Part shown: piece after piece, positions 43,618 through 53,630 of the stretch | How the letters are laid out: each line of letters begins with the position of its first letter | Numbering within the stretch: the stretch's first letter is position 1 | Assembly: GCA_963823665.1 (NCBI GenBank) | Contig: CAWGMQ010000008.1 | Span: forward strand, 704,001-768,000 | DNA length: 64,000 nucleotides | DNA from: an uncultured Planctomycetota bacterium | Lineage (GTDB): Bacteria > Planctomycetota > Planctomycetia > Isosphaerales > Isosphaeraceae | Reading direction: 5' to 3' | Position numbers and translations under genes: made by a program | The notes under the pieces: generated by a model | The model's database searches: none | What the model saw: the letters and a program-made list of their open reading frames with translations, nothing else | What the model was told of the DNA's origin: nothing

Positions 43618-44538
43618 TCAAGAGCCTTCCACGCCGTTTGTTTTCGCAGAAGCCGCATGAGCAACGAAGATGTCTTCGAGAGTGGGGCTCGCGTCCTCGA
43701 CAATCTGCGCGCCGATGCCGGCCGCTCGCGCACAAATCTCATCAATCGACCCGGGGCAAACAACCGTCCACTCGCGGCCGAAGCCTTCCCAGCGAGTCGA
43801 TCCCAGGAGGGCAGGGGGCTTTGCCACCGGCTCGTCGAACCGCAGCGTCAGCCGATGGTGCAGCGCCTTGATCTCGTCGAGCGAACCCCGCAGCACGATC
43901 TGCCCACGGTCGATGAGCGCGACGTGATCCGACACGCGTTCAACCTCATCTAGCAAGTGTGACGAGAAGAGGACCGTACGCCCCTCCTGAGCGATCGTGC
44001 GGATGATCGCCGCCAGGATCTCCCGGCGCACGATCGGATCAAGCCCCGTCGAGGGCTCATCCAGAACGAGGAGCTCCGGCCGGAACGCCAGCGCCGCCAG
44101 CAGCCCCGCCCGCGCGCGCTGCCCCTGAGAAAGCGTCTTGATGCGGGCGCGCGGGTCGAGATCGAATTGCCGCCGCAGTTCCTCGGCGTACGCGGGATCC
44201 CACGACGGATAAAACGCCTGCAGGTAACGCAACATTTCGTGAAGCCGCATCCAATCCGGCAGATCGCGGTCTTCACTGAGGTACCCCAGGCGCGAGAGCA
44301 CCCCCACCGGATCATTCACCGGGTTGATTCCGAACACCCGCACGGTGCCCGCTTGCGCTTTCAAGAGCCCCAGAATGTGCTTGATCAGCGTCGTCTTGCC
44401 GGCTGCGTTCTCACCGACCAGCCCGAACACCGCGCCCCGCGGAACGCTCAGGCTGACTTCCTTTAGCGCAACCTTGCGCCCGAAGCTGCGCGACAAGCCG
44501 TCGATCTGGACTACCGCTTCGCTCGACCAGGCGCTCAT
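43618..44538 (-). CDS. ABC transporter ATP-binding protein (YtrB-like)
   Basis: GENAAGKTT Walker A, LSQGQ, LVLDEP, SSH. Confidence 0.95.
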   Translation of the reverse strand: MSAWSSEAVVQIDGLSRSFGRKVALKEVSLSVPRGAVFGLVGENAAGKTTLIKHILGLLKAQAGTVRVFGINPVNDPVGVLSRLGYLSEDRDLPDWMRLHEMLRYLQAFYPSWDPAYAEELRRQFDLDPRARIKTLSQGQRARAGLLAALAFRPELLVLDEPSTGLDPIVRREILAAIIRTIAQEGRTVLFSSHLLDEVERVSDHVALIDRGQIVLRGSLDEIKALHHRLTLRFDEPVAKPPALLGSTRWEGFGREWTVVCPGSIDEICARAAGIGAQIVEDASPTLEDIFVAHAASAKTNGVEGS

Positions 44539-44935
44539 GACGTCTCTCCAATCTCTTGTGGTTGCATCGCCTCGTCGCGCCGGGCGATCAGCTCGCTCAG
44601 CTCGCTCACCCCGATGCCCATCTGCCGCGCTTCGGCCAGCAGCGCATCAACCCGCTCGGTCAAGATCCTCAATCGCTCGCGCCGCGCCAGTGGCGACCCT
44701 GCCTCGCTCACGAACGTTCCCGCGGTGCGTCGCTTCTCCACCACCCCCGCCGCTTCCAGCTCGCGGTAAGCACGGGCGACCGTGTTGGGATTCACGACCA
44801 GCTTCTCCGCCAGCACCCGGATCGGCGGCAGCTCTTCACCGGCGCAAGCCGGCCCGAGGCGACCAGGTACTTCACCTGGTTCACGATTTGAAGATAGATC
44901 GGTACGCCATCGCTCGACGAAATGTGAATCCGCAC
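44535..44935 (-). CDS. GntR family, YtrA-subfamily regulator; frameshift near 44842
   Basis: VRIHISSSDGVPIYLQIVNQVKYLVASGRLAP / GEELPPIRVLAEKLVVNPNTVARAYRELE..G. Confidence 0.9.
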
Positions 44936-44973
44936 CCCATTGCCTCAACAAGAAACCATCGCGAGCGCTGTCC

Positions 44974-45016
44974 TCTTGTATTAACTCAATAATACAAGAT
45001 CAAAGCGCCGTGTCAA
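44974..45016 (-). promoter_or_regulatory. Sigma70-type promoter overlapped by a YtrA-type operator palindrome
   Basis: TCTTGTATTA-N6-TAATACAAGA perfect 10-bp IR (44974-44999); minus-strand TTGACA (45016-45011), 16 bp, TATTAT. Confidence 0.8.
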
Positions 45017-45024
45017 CGAGGTTC

Positions 45025-45054
45025 TTGACAGGGCACACCCACGGTCCGGATGAT
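45025..45054 (+). promoter_or_regulatory. Putative tRNA promoter
   Basis: TTGACA-N18-GATGAT about 30 nt upstream of the tRNA. Confidence 0.45.
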
Positions 45055-45083
45055 GGTTTTGAGTCGCGTGAAGACGCCCCCCA

Positions 45084-45169
45084 GCCGGAGTGGCGGAATT
45101 GGCAGACGCGCCAGCTTGAGGGGCTGGTCCGATTAATTTCGGGTGCAGGTTCAAGTCCTGTCTCCGGCA
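45084..45169 (+). tRNA. tRNA-Leu(GAG)
   Basis: GCCGGAG/CTCCGGC acceptor stem, CCAGC-TTGAGGG-GCTGG anticodon arm, long variable arm, GGTTCAAGTCC T-arm; CCA not encoded. Confidence 0.95.
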
Positions 45170-45392
45170 TTTTTTATTGACGGCCCTGTCGGTTAATTCA
45201 CCCCACGCCGCGAAATCTCGGTGACGGCACCGAGGCTAATTCGTCGCGACTCAAGGTGAAACGGGACTCCGAGACCGGTCTATACCTAAGATGACTTTGC
45301 CGCGCAAACACGGTCGCGCACCCATGCAAGTCATGACATAGCTTCGTCGCTTGCTTCGCGCGGATCTCTTGCTTAGAATCAGTGTCTTCTGA

Positions 45393-45432
45393 AAGCTAGA
45401 GCTCTGGATTTTAAGCTAGAGCTCTGGATTTT
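45393..45432. repeat. Perfect 20-bp tandem duplication
   Basis: AAGCTAGAGCTCTGGATTTT x2. Confidence 0.95.
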
Positions 45433-45550
45433 CGGGGAAAGCCGTTCTGCAGGGACTGCCAATTCCTAGGATATCGACGGTGAATTTCTCCTTGCGACGA
45501 CGGCCCGATGATGGCCGCGACATTTGCGAACGCGACCAGAGGGCCCGCGT

Positions 45551-46228
45551 ATGCCGCTCCTCGATGTTGGAACCACGGATTCGTCAAACCTGAGAGCGCT
45601 CAGGGACTGGCGAAACTATCCCGCCTGGTCTAAGTTCCAAAAACGCTACGAACCGTTGCTGCGCTCGTGCTGCTCCCGCCTGCGGCTTGATCACGATGCG
45701 GCTGATGAGATCTGCCAGCAGACCTGGATCGAAGTCGCGAATCGGATGGAGTCGTTCGTCTACGACCCAAAGGGAAGTTTCCGCGGGTGGCTCTGGACAG
45801 TTTGTCATCACGAAGCCATTGATTTTCTGAAGGGTCGGATGAGTGCGCAGGCGTTCTCAATCGACGAGCGGGACGAAACCATTGCGGCCGACCTGGAGCC
45901 GGTCGATCGGAGCAACTTCGCGAACGAGGCGGGGACCGGCGGTTTGAGTGAAGACGAAGGGACGAGTCCGACTCTCGCCGCGCTCTTTCGGGAGGCCGAG
46001 GAAATTCAGGTTGCTGTCAGGCAGCGGGTTGCGGCTCACACGTGGGAAGCGTTCTGGTTGGTTGGTGTGGTGCTCTGGACCGTCGAAGAGACGGCCAAGT
46101 ATCTACGGATGACTCGTGCCAACGTCTACAAGGCCAAGGCGCGCGTCACGGAGATGTTGCGGGACGAGGGCTCCCGGAGGGCTGTGATGGCCATCGACCG
46201 GGGATCCGCGGATCAACGACCTGGGTGA
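45551..46228 (+). CDS. ECF sigma factor (kinase-associated planctomycete type)
   Basis: AW..F..RY.PLL, DA.EI.Q, F.YDPKGSFRGWL, TWEAF, ANVYKAKARV. Confidence 0.9.
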   Translation: MPLLDVGTTDSSNLRALRDWRNYPAWSKFQKRYEPLLRSCCSRLRLDHDAADEICQQTWIEVANRMESFVYDPKGSFRGWLWTVCHHEAIDFLKGRMSAQAFSIDERDETIAADLEPVDRSNFANEAGTGGLSEDEGTSPTLAALFREAEEIQVAVRQRVAAHTWEAFWLVGVVLWTVEETAKYLRMTRANVYKAKARVTEMLRDEGSRRAVMAIDRGSADQRPG

Positions 46229-46236
46229 ACTCCGCC

Positions 46237-48714
46237 ATGCGTTCCTGCCCCTCCGAACAATCGCTACGGATGCTCCCCGGCGACGGGCTAGACCCTGCGA
46301 TCTTCGAGGCGATTGAGTACCATATCGAGGAGTGCCCGAGATGCCAGGCGCGCGTGGAGCGGCTGGCATGGAAGGACGCCCCGCCCGCTAATCAAACTTC
46401 TTACACGCTCCCGGCAGCCGGAGAAGGTCCTCTGATCCCCGGCTTTGTCATCGAGAAAGAGCTTGGTCGCGGCTCGATGGGAGTAGTTTACCTGGCGTGG
46501 CAAAAAACGGTACGGCGGCGCGTGGCGCTCAAAGTGATGCAGGCCGCGCCGGGAGCGGGCCAGCGGGCGCGCAAACGCTGGCGTGCGGAGGCCAAGGCAT
46601 TTTCATCGGTTCGGCACCCGAACGTCGTCACGCTTTACGACGCCGGCGAAGACCAAGCCTGGCTGTACCTCGTTCTTGAATACGTCCCGGGCCAGACCTT
46701 GAAGGATCGGCTGGCCGGGCCGCTAAATTTAGCGCCGCGTGAAGCCGCCCAGTTGTTGGTGACGATCGCAGATGCCGTACATCATGTACATCAGGCCGGG
46801 CTGCTGCATCTGGACCTGAAACCCTCGAACATTCTGGTCGAGGCCGCGCCTGGCGCGCCACTTGATCGAGGGCTGCTCAAAGTGGCGGACTTTGGCATCG
46901 CCCGATTCCTGGCAGAGGCCGAGTTCACCAGCACCGGAATTACTCGCGAAGGGGCTTGCGATGGAACTCCTTCTTACATGGCACCGGAGCAAATCGCGGG
47001 GACGCGCGATCAGTTGTGTCGAGCAACAGATATTCATGCTATGGGCGCAATGTTCTACCACTTCGTCACCGGCCGGACGCCCTACCAGGGGGCGACGCCG
47101 CTGGATACGCTCAACGATCTGCGCACGCGTGAGCCGGTGCCGCCGCGGCAGCTCACGACTTCGCTGCCGCGGGATGTCGAGACGATTATTCTGAAGTGCC
47201 TTCAGAAAGACCCCCGCCGGCGATATTCCACAGCCGAGGATTTTGCGGAGGATCTCAGGCGGTGGCTCGACGGCCGGCCGATTTTGGGGCGCCCGGTTTC
47301 GACGGTTGAACGCGGCTGGCGGTGGTGCCGTCGCCGGCCCGTCGTTGCTGCGTTGGCTGCCGTGCTCGCCGCGACCGTGCTGATCAGCGGCGGTGGACTT
47401 TATGCGTTGTATCGTCGTGCCGACGCTCAGAGGGCTAGTGCTGAATTTGCGCGCACGGCAGCGGAGCGAAATCTTGGGATTGCGAACAAGGTGATCGACC
47501 CTCTGCAGAAGTTGGTGTTGGATGCGTATAGCAAGCCGCGCCGCTTCGACGATGGTCGCCTGGATCAAACCGCCGACCTCGTGAGGGAGCAGGCTGCGAG
47601 GGTTCGGATGGTTGGCGGACTGAAGCACGAACTCTTGTTCGCGCTGAACCAAATCAACCGTTCGGTTGCGGTACGGCTTCAGGATGCGGGCAAATTGGAC
47701 GAAGCTCTTGCGCTCGTTCTGGAGCGAATCGATCTGATCGGCGAATGCCAAGACCGGGACCGAAATAACGAAATCTATCGTCGGGAAATGGCGGATGCAA
47801 GCCTGCAGGCGGCTCAGATCGCGAGGGACGCGTTGCGACCTCTGGAGGCCTTCCGACATCTCGAGAGGGCGATATCTTTCATTCTCGGAACCTCGATTTC
47901 CCGCCATGACCCGCAGCTCCAGTTTTTCGCCTTGCACGCTTCCGATGAATGCCGTCTTCTTGCACACCGACTGGCTCAAGACGGAAATCGCGACGAATCG
48001 AAACGCTCCTGGGACTGGCAGCTCAAGATTTGTGCTCTTCTGGACACCGAAGAAGCAGAGCGACCCGACCAAGTGATGATCAAGGCCTGCGTCCTTGCAG
48101 ATAGAGGACAATGGGAGCGGGCTTCGTCACTGATTCAGGCGTTGTACTCGAGGAAACACTCGCTCAAGTTGGAGCCGATCCTCGTGCGTCAGGCGGTTGG
48201 ATGGGGGTTAGCGGACTGGTCTCCACGTTGGATGCGACACTGGGAGTCAGTCCAGAATAGAAGCGCACCCTCCCCTTGGGAAATGCAGCAGGAAGCAGAT
48301 GTCATCATTACCTTCCTGAAAGAAATGTGCGATGCCTTGGAGACTCCGTCGCCACATTGGCGGCTCGCGATCGCGCGGGCGACCGGTGAATTGGCCATGC
48401 GGGCGCCGGTTCAAAGAAATTCGGGACAGCTCGACGAGGCGGAACGTACGGTTGCGTTTCTGATCAGCTTTGGACTTCGACTTGTTCAGAGGTTTCCCGA
48501 GGATCTGGGTTCTTACTTGGTGCTTGGCGAAGCGTACGCTCAGCAAGCAAAGAACTCCTGGAAGCGGAAGGATGTGGGTGCGATCAGGCGCCATTTGGTT
48601 CAGTCGATCGAGGTTCTGACTCGAGCGCGGCCACTCGATCCGAATGATCATGAAGTGTGCACCCTTCTCCTGGATCGAGAAAGGCGACTGGCGGAGCTAC
48701 CCGAATCACCTTGA
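46237..48714 (+). CDS. Ser/Thr kinase with N-terminal zinc-finger anti-sigma-like motif, TM and helical C-terminal domain
   Basis: CP...HIEECPRC; GRGSMGVVY, HLDLKPSN, DFG, YMAPE; coupled to the ECF gene. Confidence 0.92.
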   Translation: MRSCPSEQSLRMLPGDGLDPAIFEAIEYHIEECPRCQARVERLAWKDAPPANQTSYTLPAAGEGPLIPGFVIEKELGRGSMGVVYLAWQKTVRRRVALKVMQAAPGAGQRARKRWRAEAKAFSSVRHPNVVTLYDAGEDQAWLYLVLEYVPGQTLKDRLAGPLNLAPREAAQLLVTIADAVHHVHQAGLLHLDLKPSNILVEAAPGAPLDRGLLKVADFGIARFLAEAEFTSTGITREGACDGTPSYMAPEQIAGTRDQLCRATDIHAMGAMFYHFVTGRTPYQGATPLDTLNDLRTREPVPPRQLTTSLPRDVETIILKCLQKDPRRRYSTAEDFAEDLRRWLDGRPILGRPVSTVERGWRWCRRRPVVAALAAVLAATVLISGGGLYALYRRADAQRASAEFARTAAERNLGIANKVIDPLQKLVLDAYSKPRRFDDGRLDQTADLVREQAARVRMVGGLKHELLFALNQINRSVAVRLQDAGKLDEALALVLERIDLIGECQDRDRNNEIYRREMADASLQAAQIARDALRPLEAFRHLERAISFILGTSISRHDPQLQFFALHASDECRLLAHRLAQDGNRDESKRSWDWQLKICALLDTEEAERPDQVMIKACVLADRGQWERASSLIQALYSRKHSLKLEPILVRQAVGWGLADWSPRWMRHWESVQNRSAPSPWEMQQEADVIITFLKEMCDALETPSPHWRLAIARATGELAMRAPVQRNSGQLDEAERTVAFLISFGLRLVQRFPEDLGSYLVLGEAYAQQAKNSWKRKDVGAIRRHLVQSIEVLTRARPLDPNDHEVCTLLLDRERRLAELPESP

Positions 48715-48731
48715 GGAGCGCTCGGGACCGC

Positions 48732-49463
48732 TCAAACCATTGCGTTTTGCGGGCGCTCAGGATTTCTTAGACCGACGGCTGGAATGCTCGCCGCGCTTGG
48801 CTCGATTCGAGAAATCCTCAAGCCGAACAGCGCAGCGATGCCGATGACCATCAAGACGACGGCTGAAGGTTCGGGTACGCTGTTTACGCTGATGCCGTCG
48901 AGCGCAATACCGCCAAGGCTGCCGGCCGGATCGTCGGAGGCGAATGATAAAGTTGTAAGCGCACCTACTGCTGTGAATTGGATGACTGGCGATTGAATCC
49001 AGTCTGGATCTGAGCCCGATGATGTCGAGTGCGATATCGTGAATGGAGTTAACAACTGTTCATTATTTTTGGTATTGAGTAGGCTTACTGTCGCAGTGGC
49101 GGGTACTGTGCCGGCGACGGGATTGTTGGCATAAGCGAAACTCAACGAATAGACGGTGCCAGGCGTGGTAGCAAAGGATTGCTGGATCGTACCAGCGGTG
49201 CCGCCGTCCAGGTCGAGCCATTGAGTTCCCGCAAATGCAGTGATGTAAATTCCACCACCTACGACCACGTTCACGTTTCCGGAGGTGACGCTCCAGCCAA
49301 AGCCGGCAGGCTCCAAGCCGGGCCCGAAGGTTATGTATTGCGTACCGTCTGTGAGGTGCGGAACTTCAAAGCCGCCGTTCACGATGGAGCCGCCAAATGC
49401 AGACTCGGGAAACGCAACGGCGAATAGCAATAGGGCGATGGGAGCGGATAAGAAACGTCGCAT
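48732..49463 (-). CDS. DUF642-like carbohydrate-binding-fold protein with PEP-CTERM
   Basis: IVNGGFE.P, WLDLDG, IQQSFAT.PG..YSLSF, ALDGISV, VPEPS + TM; AGGAG RBS. Confidence 0.85.
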   Translation of the reverse strand: MRRFLSAPIALLLFAVAFPESAFGGSIVNGGFEVPHLTDGTQYITFGPGLEPAGFGWSVTSGNVNVVVGGGIYITAFAGTQWLDLDGGTAGTIQQSFATTPGTVYSLSFAYANNPVAGTVPATATVSLLNTKNNEQLLTPFTISHSTSSGSDPDWIQSPVIQFTAVGALTTLSFASDDPAGSLGGIALDGISVNSVPEPSAVVLMVIGIAALFGLRISRIEPSAASIPAVGLRNPERPQNAMV

Positions 49464-50067
49464 GCAAGTAACTCCTTATCAGGATAGGTTTCGACGCTCG
49501 GTGATGAAAGCGGCCGCGCGCGTAGATTCAGGCGGTGCCGAATGATGTCAAAGGTTTTTTTCGCGGCACGCGTACGCTCGGCTTGATTGTTCGGGAAAAA
49601 GGAGCGCAAGAGCACGATTCAGTTGGACGATTCGCACACACACGAGCGGAGCATTTTCAGCGCCGATGCCCAGTACTGGACTCGACAGCCGTGCGGTGGG
49701 CGCGGAGCACTGCGATGAAGCCTCCTTCACAGTGACTACTGTTTCCGTGGACACGATCGCCGATTTTTTTTTGGGCGGGCGATTCTGGACCGCCGCGAAT
49801 TCTGCACCGGCTGCCGCCCGAGGTCTCTGCGAGATGACCGGATCCAGGAGCGACGAGCTTGTGGTACAACATCGGCATGCTGAATCGCATTCATCACCGC
49901 GACGGGCAGGTGCACAGCGTTCCGCGATTGGCTTTGTGTGCAACGCTCTCTGGGCTGTGCGCGGGACGCATTTTCGCCGCGCGGAATTCCCGTGAGGACT
50001 ACCCCATATTCGAACACTACCCTTAGGGGAGCAAACACCGAGGATATCAAAGAGGAGTCGACGACCA

Positions 50068-53000
50068 ATGGCGGGCAGGGAATCGGGCGCGTGGCTCCGG
50101 CAGGTCTTCGGGCTCTTTCGCCAGGGTACCTTCGGCGGCCTGTCCGACGGTCAGCTTCTGGACCGTTTCGTCTCGCGGCAAGGCGATGACGCGGAGGCGT
50201 CGTTCGAAGAGCTGATGCACCGGCACGGGCCTATGGTGCTGCGCATCTGCCGCCGCGTCCTTCGCTACCCGCAGGATGCGGAAGACGCGTTTCAGGCGAC
50301 GTTCCTCGTGCTGGCGCATCGGGCTGGCTCGATCCGGCGGCGGGATTCGGTAGCGAGCTGGCTTTTCGGCGTCTCGCAGCGGGTCGCCGCCCAGGCCCGA
50401 CTCCGTGCAGCGCGTCGACGTCAAGGTGAACGGATTGCGGCCGAGCAGACGCCCGAGGCCTGCTTGCCCAGCCACGCTGGTGATGAACCCGAGGCGCTCC
50501 TCGAAGAGATCGATCGCTTGCCGGACCGGCTTCGCGCGGCTGTCGTGCTCTTCTATCTGGAAGGCTTGACGTATGAGGCTGCGGCGCTGAGGCTGGGCGT
50601 CTCCGAAGGCTCAGTTCGTGGCCGGTTGGCGCGGCGCGCGCTCAATTGCGCCGGCGACTGACCCAACGCGGCGTGACCGTACCCGCCGGAGTCCTGGCTG
50701 TCGGCACGATCGCCCAGGGGCATTCTCAGGCCGCACTTTCGGTTCATCTTCCCGCCTCACTCATTGATTCCACGATTCGCGTGGCGCTGGGATTCAAGGC
50801 CGGCGAGACGGCCACCGCCCTGGCGCGGGGGGTATTGAAATCCATGCTCATCAGCAAACTAAAGGCGGTGACGGTCGTTTTCCTGGCCGTGTTGGGGGGC
50901 AGCCTGCTGGCCTGGCAGACGTTCGCTGCGTCGGACGATAACAAGCCCCAATCGACACCGAGGCCCGAGTCGCCTCGCGCAGCATCCACGCCCAAAACCG
51001 AACCGCAAGCTGACCGCGCGACGGGCAAGTATGCCCTGACAGGCTCGGTGCGCGTCGAGGGGACCGAAGAGCCGGTCCGGGGCGCCCGATTCAAAGTGAT
51101 TTTTTGCCTCACCGGGATGCACCCGATCCTCGAGGCGAATCCCGAGGTGACTCGAATCGTCGAGACGGCACCCGACGGCCGGTTCCGTGCGGACCTCCCG
51201 GCCGGGCATGTGGTCGTCGATCTTTATTCGCTTCCGCCGGGCTACTTGCGAGTCAGGGGTCAGGAGGGTGGCGTATTTGCTTTCTCTCGCGAGGCCCCGG
51301 TGCGCCGTCGGGACTACCAAGTCCGGCGCGGCGCTGTCTGGGAATTTCAGGTGCGACAGGACTCCGGCGAGCCGCTCGAAGGAGCCAGGGTTTACTTCAT
51401 GAACACGTCGCTGCTCGAAAGTTTCAAGACGGAGACCGACCAATCGGGCCGCGCGCTCGTGACGCTTCCAACCGAAGGGAAGAAGCTCACTGGACACGTT
51501 AGCAAGCACAATATAGTACGGAAGGGCAAGGATATTAACCTGGAATGGGAGTCGGGTTTTCAGCCGGACAAAGTCCGATCTGTCGTGCGGGCCGAAGGGA
51601 AATCAAGCTTTCCGGCATCAGTGCCCGCCAAGAATGGGCGACGCGTGCTTGAGCCCGTTGCGGAGCCATCTGTCCGGTTCAGTCTCACCGACGTGAACGG
51701 GAAATCCGCGACGATCGAGGCTTCGCCGGGTGTCGAGCCCGCGATCGAGCGGGGGAAGCTCGTGATCCGTGTGAACTACTCGGAACTCAAAAGCGCGGAG
51801 GTCGGCGAGCTGACCGGACAGGTTCTCGATGAACACGGGCGACTTGTTGCGGGCGCGCTCGTCGGGCTGGGGTGGGGCGGGGATATTGGAAAGGGAGCCG
51901 AGTGGAGCTCTAACGACGCGCGGCATTGGACGACGAGCGACCCCGAGGGGCGATATCGCATCGGTTCCATCGCGCGCCAGGGTCACGACGGCAAGCCCCT
52001 GAATATCCAGGTCATGGTCAAGAAAGAGGGATTCGCCCCCGCTTATTCGAAGCAGTTCCGGTTCGAGCCGGCCCCGAACGGCAGTCCTCAGGAAGTCGCG
52101 CCGATCCGGCTCGAGCGCGGAGTGACGCTCCGTGGGACGGTCGTCGATCCCCAAGGGCGACCCGTGGAAGGGGCCTTGGTCCAGCCCAACGTCCACTCCT
52201 TCGCGAGCGAGCTCCAGTTCACCCGGACCGATGAAAAGGGCCATTTCACAGTGCGCGTCTCCCAGGGATTGATCCCGATCGTTTTCACCTGTGGCGAGCT
52301 CGGGGCGGCTAAGAAATACCTGGTCGATGACGGTACCGAGGAGATCCTGGTCAAGCTTCACTCCGCGAACGAACCAGACGCGCAGCGACCGGTCGCTGCC
52401 GCCCCGTCGGCGCGCCCCAAGCGGCTCGCGGCCGGACAGCCCGCCCCGGAGTGGCAGGTCGGCGCTTGGTCTGACGGCAAACCCCGCAAGCTCGCCGATC
52501 TCAAGGGCAAGGTCGTCTTCCTCGATTTCTGGGGCATCTGGCACAGCGCCTGCATCGATGCGCAGCAACCGGTCCTTGCCGCCCCGCCGGCGCGGCCCAA
52601 GCGGCTGGCGGCCGGACAGCCCGCCCCGGAGTGGCAGGTCGGCGCTTGGTCTGACGGCAAACCCCGCAAGCTCGCCGATCTCAAGGGCAAGGTCGTCTTC
52701 CTCGATTTCTGGGGCATCTGGTGCAGCGCCTGCATCGATGCCTTGCCCGTGCTGGACCAGCTCAAACGCGAGTTCGAGCCGCGCGGAGTGGTGTTCCTGT
52801 CGATCCATACTCCGGGAGAGAATGAAAACCCGATTCGTCGTGTGCTCGAGTTTCATAAAGTGCAGCTACTCTTTGCTATCGATCAGGATCTGAAGGGCAA
52901 GTTCGACCTCATGGATGGCGTCACAGCCGATCGCTATCGCGTCCGCGGCTGGCCCAGTGTGTTCCTGATCGACACCGCGGGCAAGATCGCCGGTAGTCCT

Positions 53001-53153
53001 GATGATCCCAACACCGGTCTCAAGGTCCAGGCAGTCGCCAACGCGGCGGGCATCGAGCTGGACCCGAATAAGATCACTGATGAGCAACGTCATCGGTTAC
53101 TCTACAATCTATTCAAACGGGACATCGAAGATGTTTTGAGCGTTAAGCATTGA
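50068..53153 (+). CDS. ECF sigma factor fused via TM to carboxypeptidase-regulatory-like beta repeats and a TlpA-like redoxin domain; frameshift near 50634
   Basis: SDGQLLDRF, RHGPMVL, DAEDAFQATFLVLA, SVRGRLAR; G.V.D..GRPV.GA.V repeats; GKVVFLDFWGIWCSAC and YRVRGWP. Confidence 0.88.
52377..52740 (+). repeat. In-frame 180-bp tandem duplication of the redoxin N-terminal part
   Basis: 52377-52556 vs 52557-52736; the stretches starting at 52441 and 52621 are identical up to CAC vs TGC. Confidence 0.97.
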
Positions 53154-53221
53154 GATCGCAACGGGTGTGGAGGCCCAGACGTGATTGAGGAATTCCGGCG
53201 CGAGGGCCTCCGGGGGTTGCC

Positions 53222-53630
53222 ATGTTCTGGTCTCGCTCGCGTCTCACCGGAAGACGTGTCATGATCGCGGCTGCGACCCTTCTCGCCGTTGCCGTCATCT
53301 TTTCTCTCTCCGTGACGCTCTCCCGGCAGCCCCCACTGGCGCCGCCGGGGAAAGTGCGTTCAATCCTTCGGGGTCACCGCGGTCCGGTGACGGCCGTGGC
53401 CTTCTCCGCAGACGGGTCCGCACTCGCTACAGGAAGCTGGGACGAGGTTCGAATCGTCGACACCGTCAGCGGTCGCTTGCGGCACGAATTCACGACGACC
53501 CAGGAGGGCATCGGAGAAATTGCGTTCTCGACCGACGGAAAGACGCTCGCCGCTGCCAGCGGCGACTGGATCGGCACGGTCATTCTGTTCGATTTATCCG
53601 AAGCCGCGGGCCGCACTTCGAACGGGAAGT
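53222..53630 (+). pseudogene. Truncated membrane-anchored WD40 protein
   Basis: TM plus two WD40 blades (GHRGPVTAVAFSADG; IAFSTDG); the frame then runs antisense into the ICMT gene with no similarity. Confidence 0.55.
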
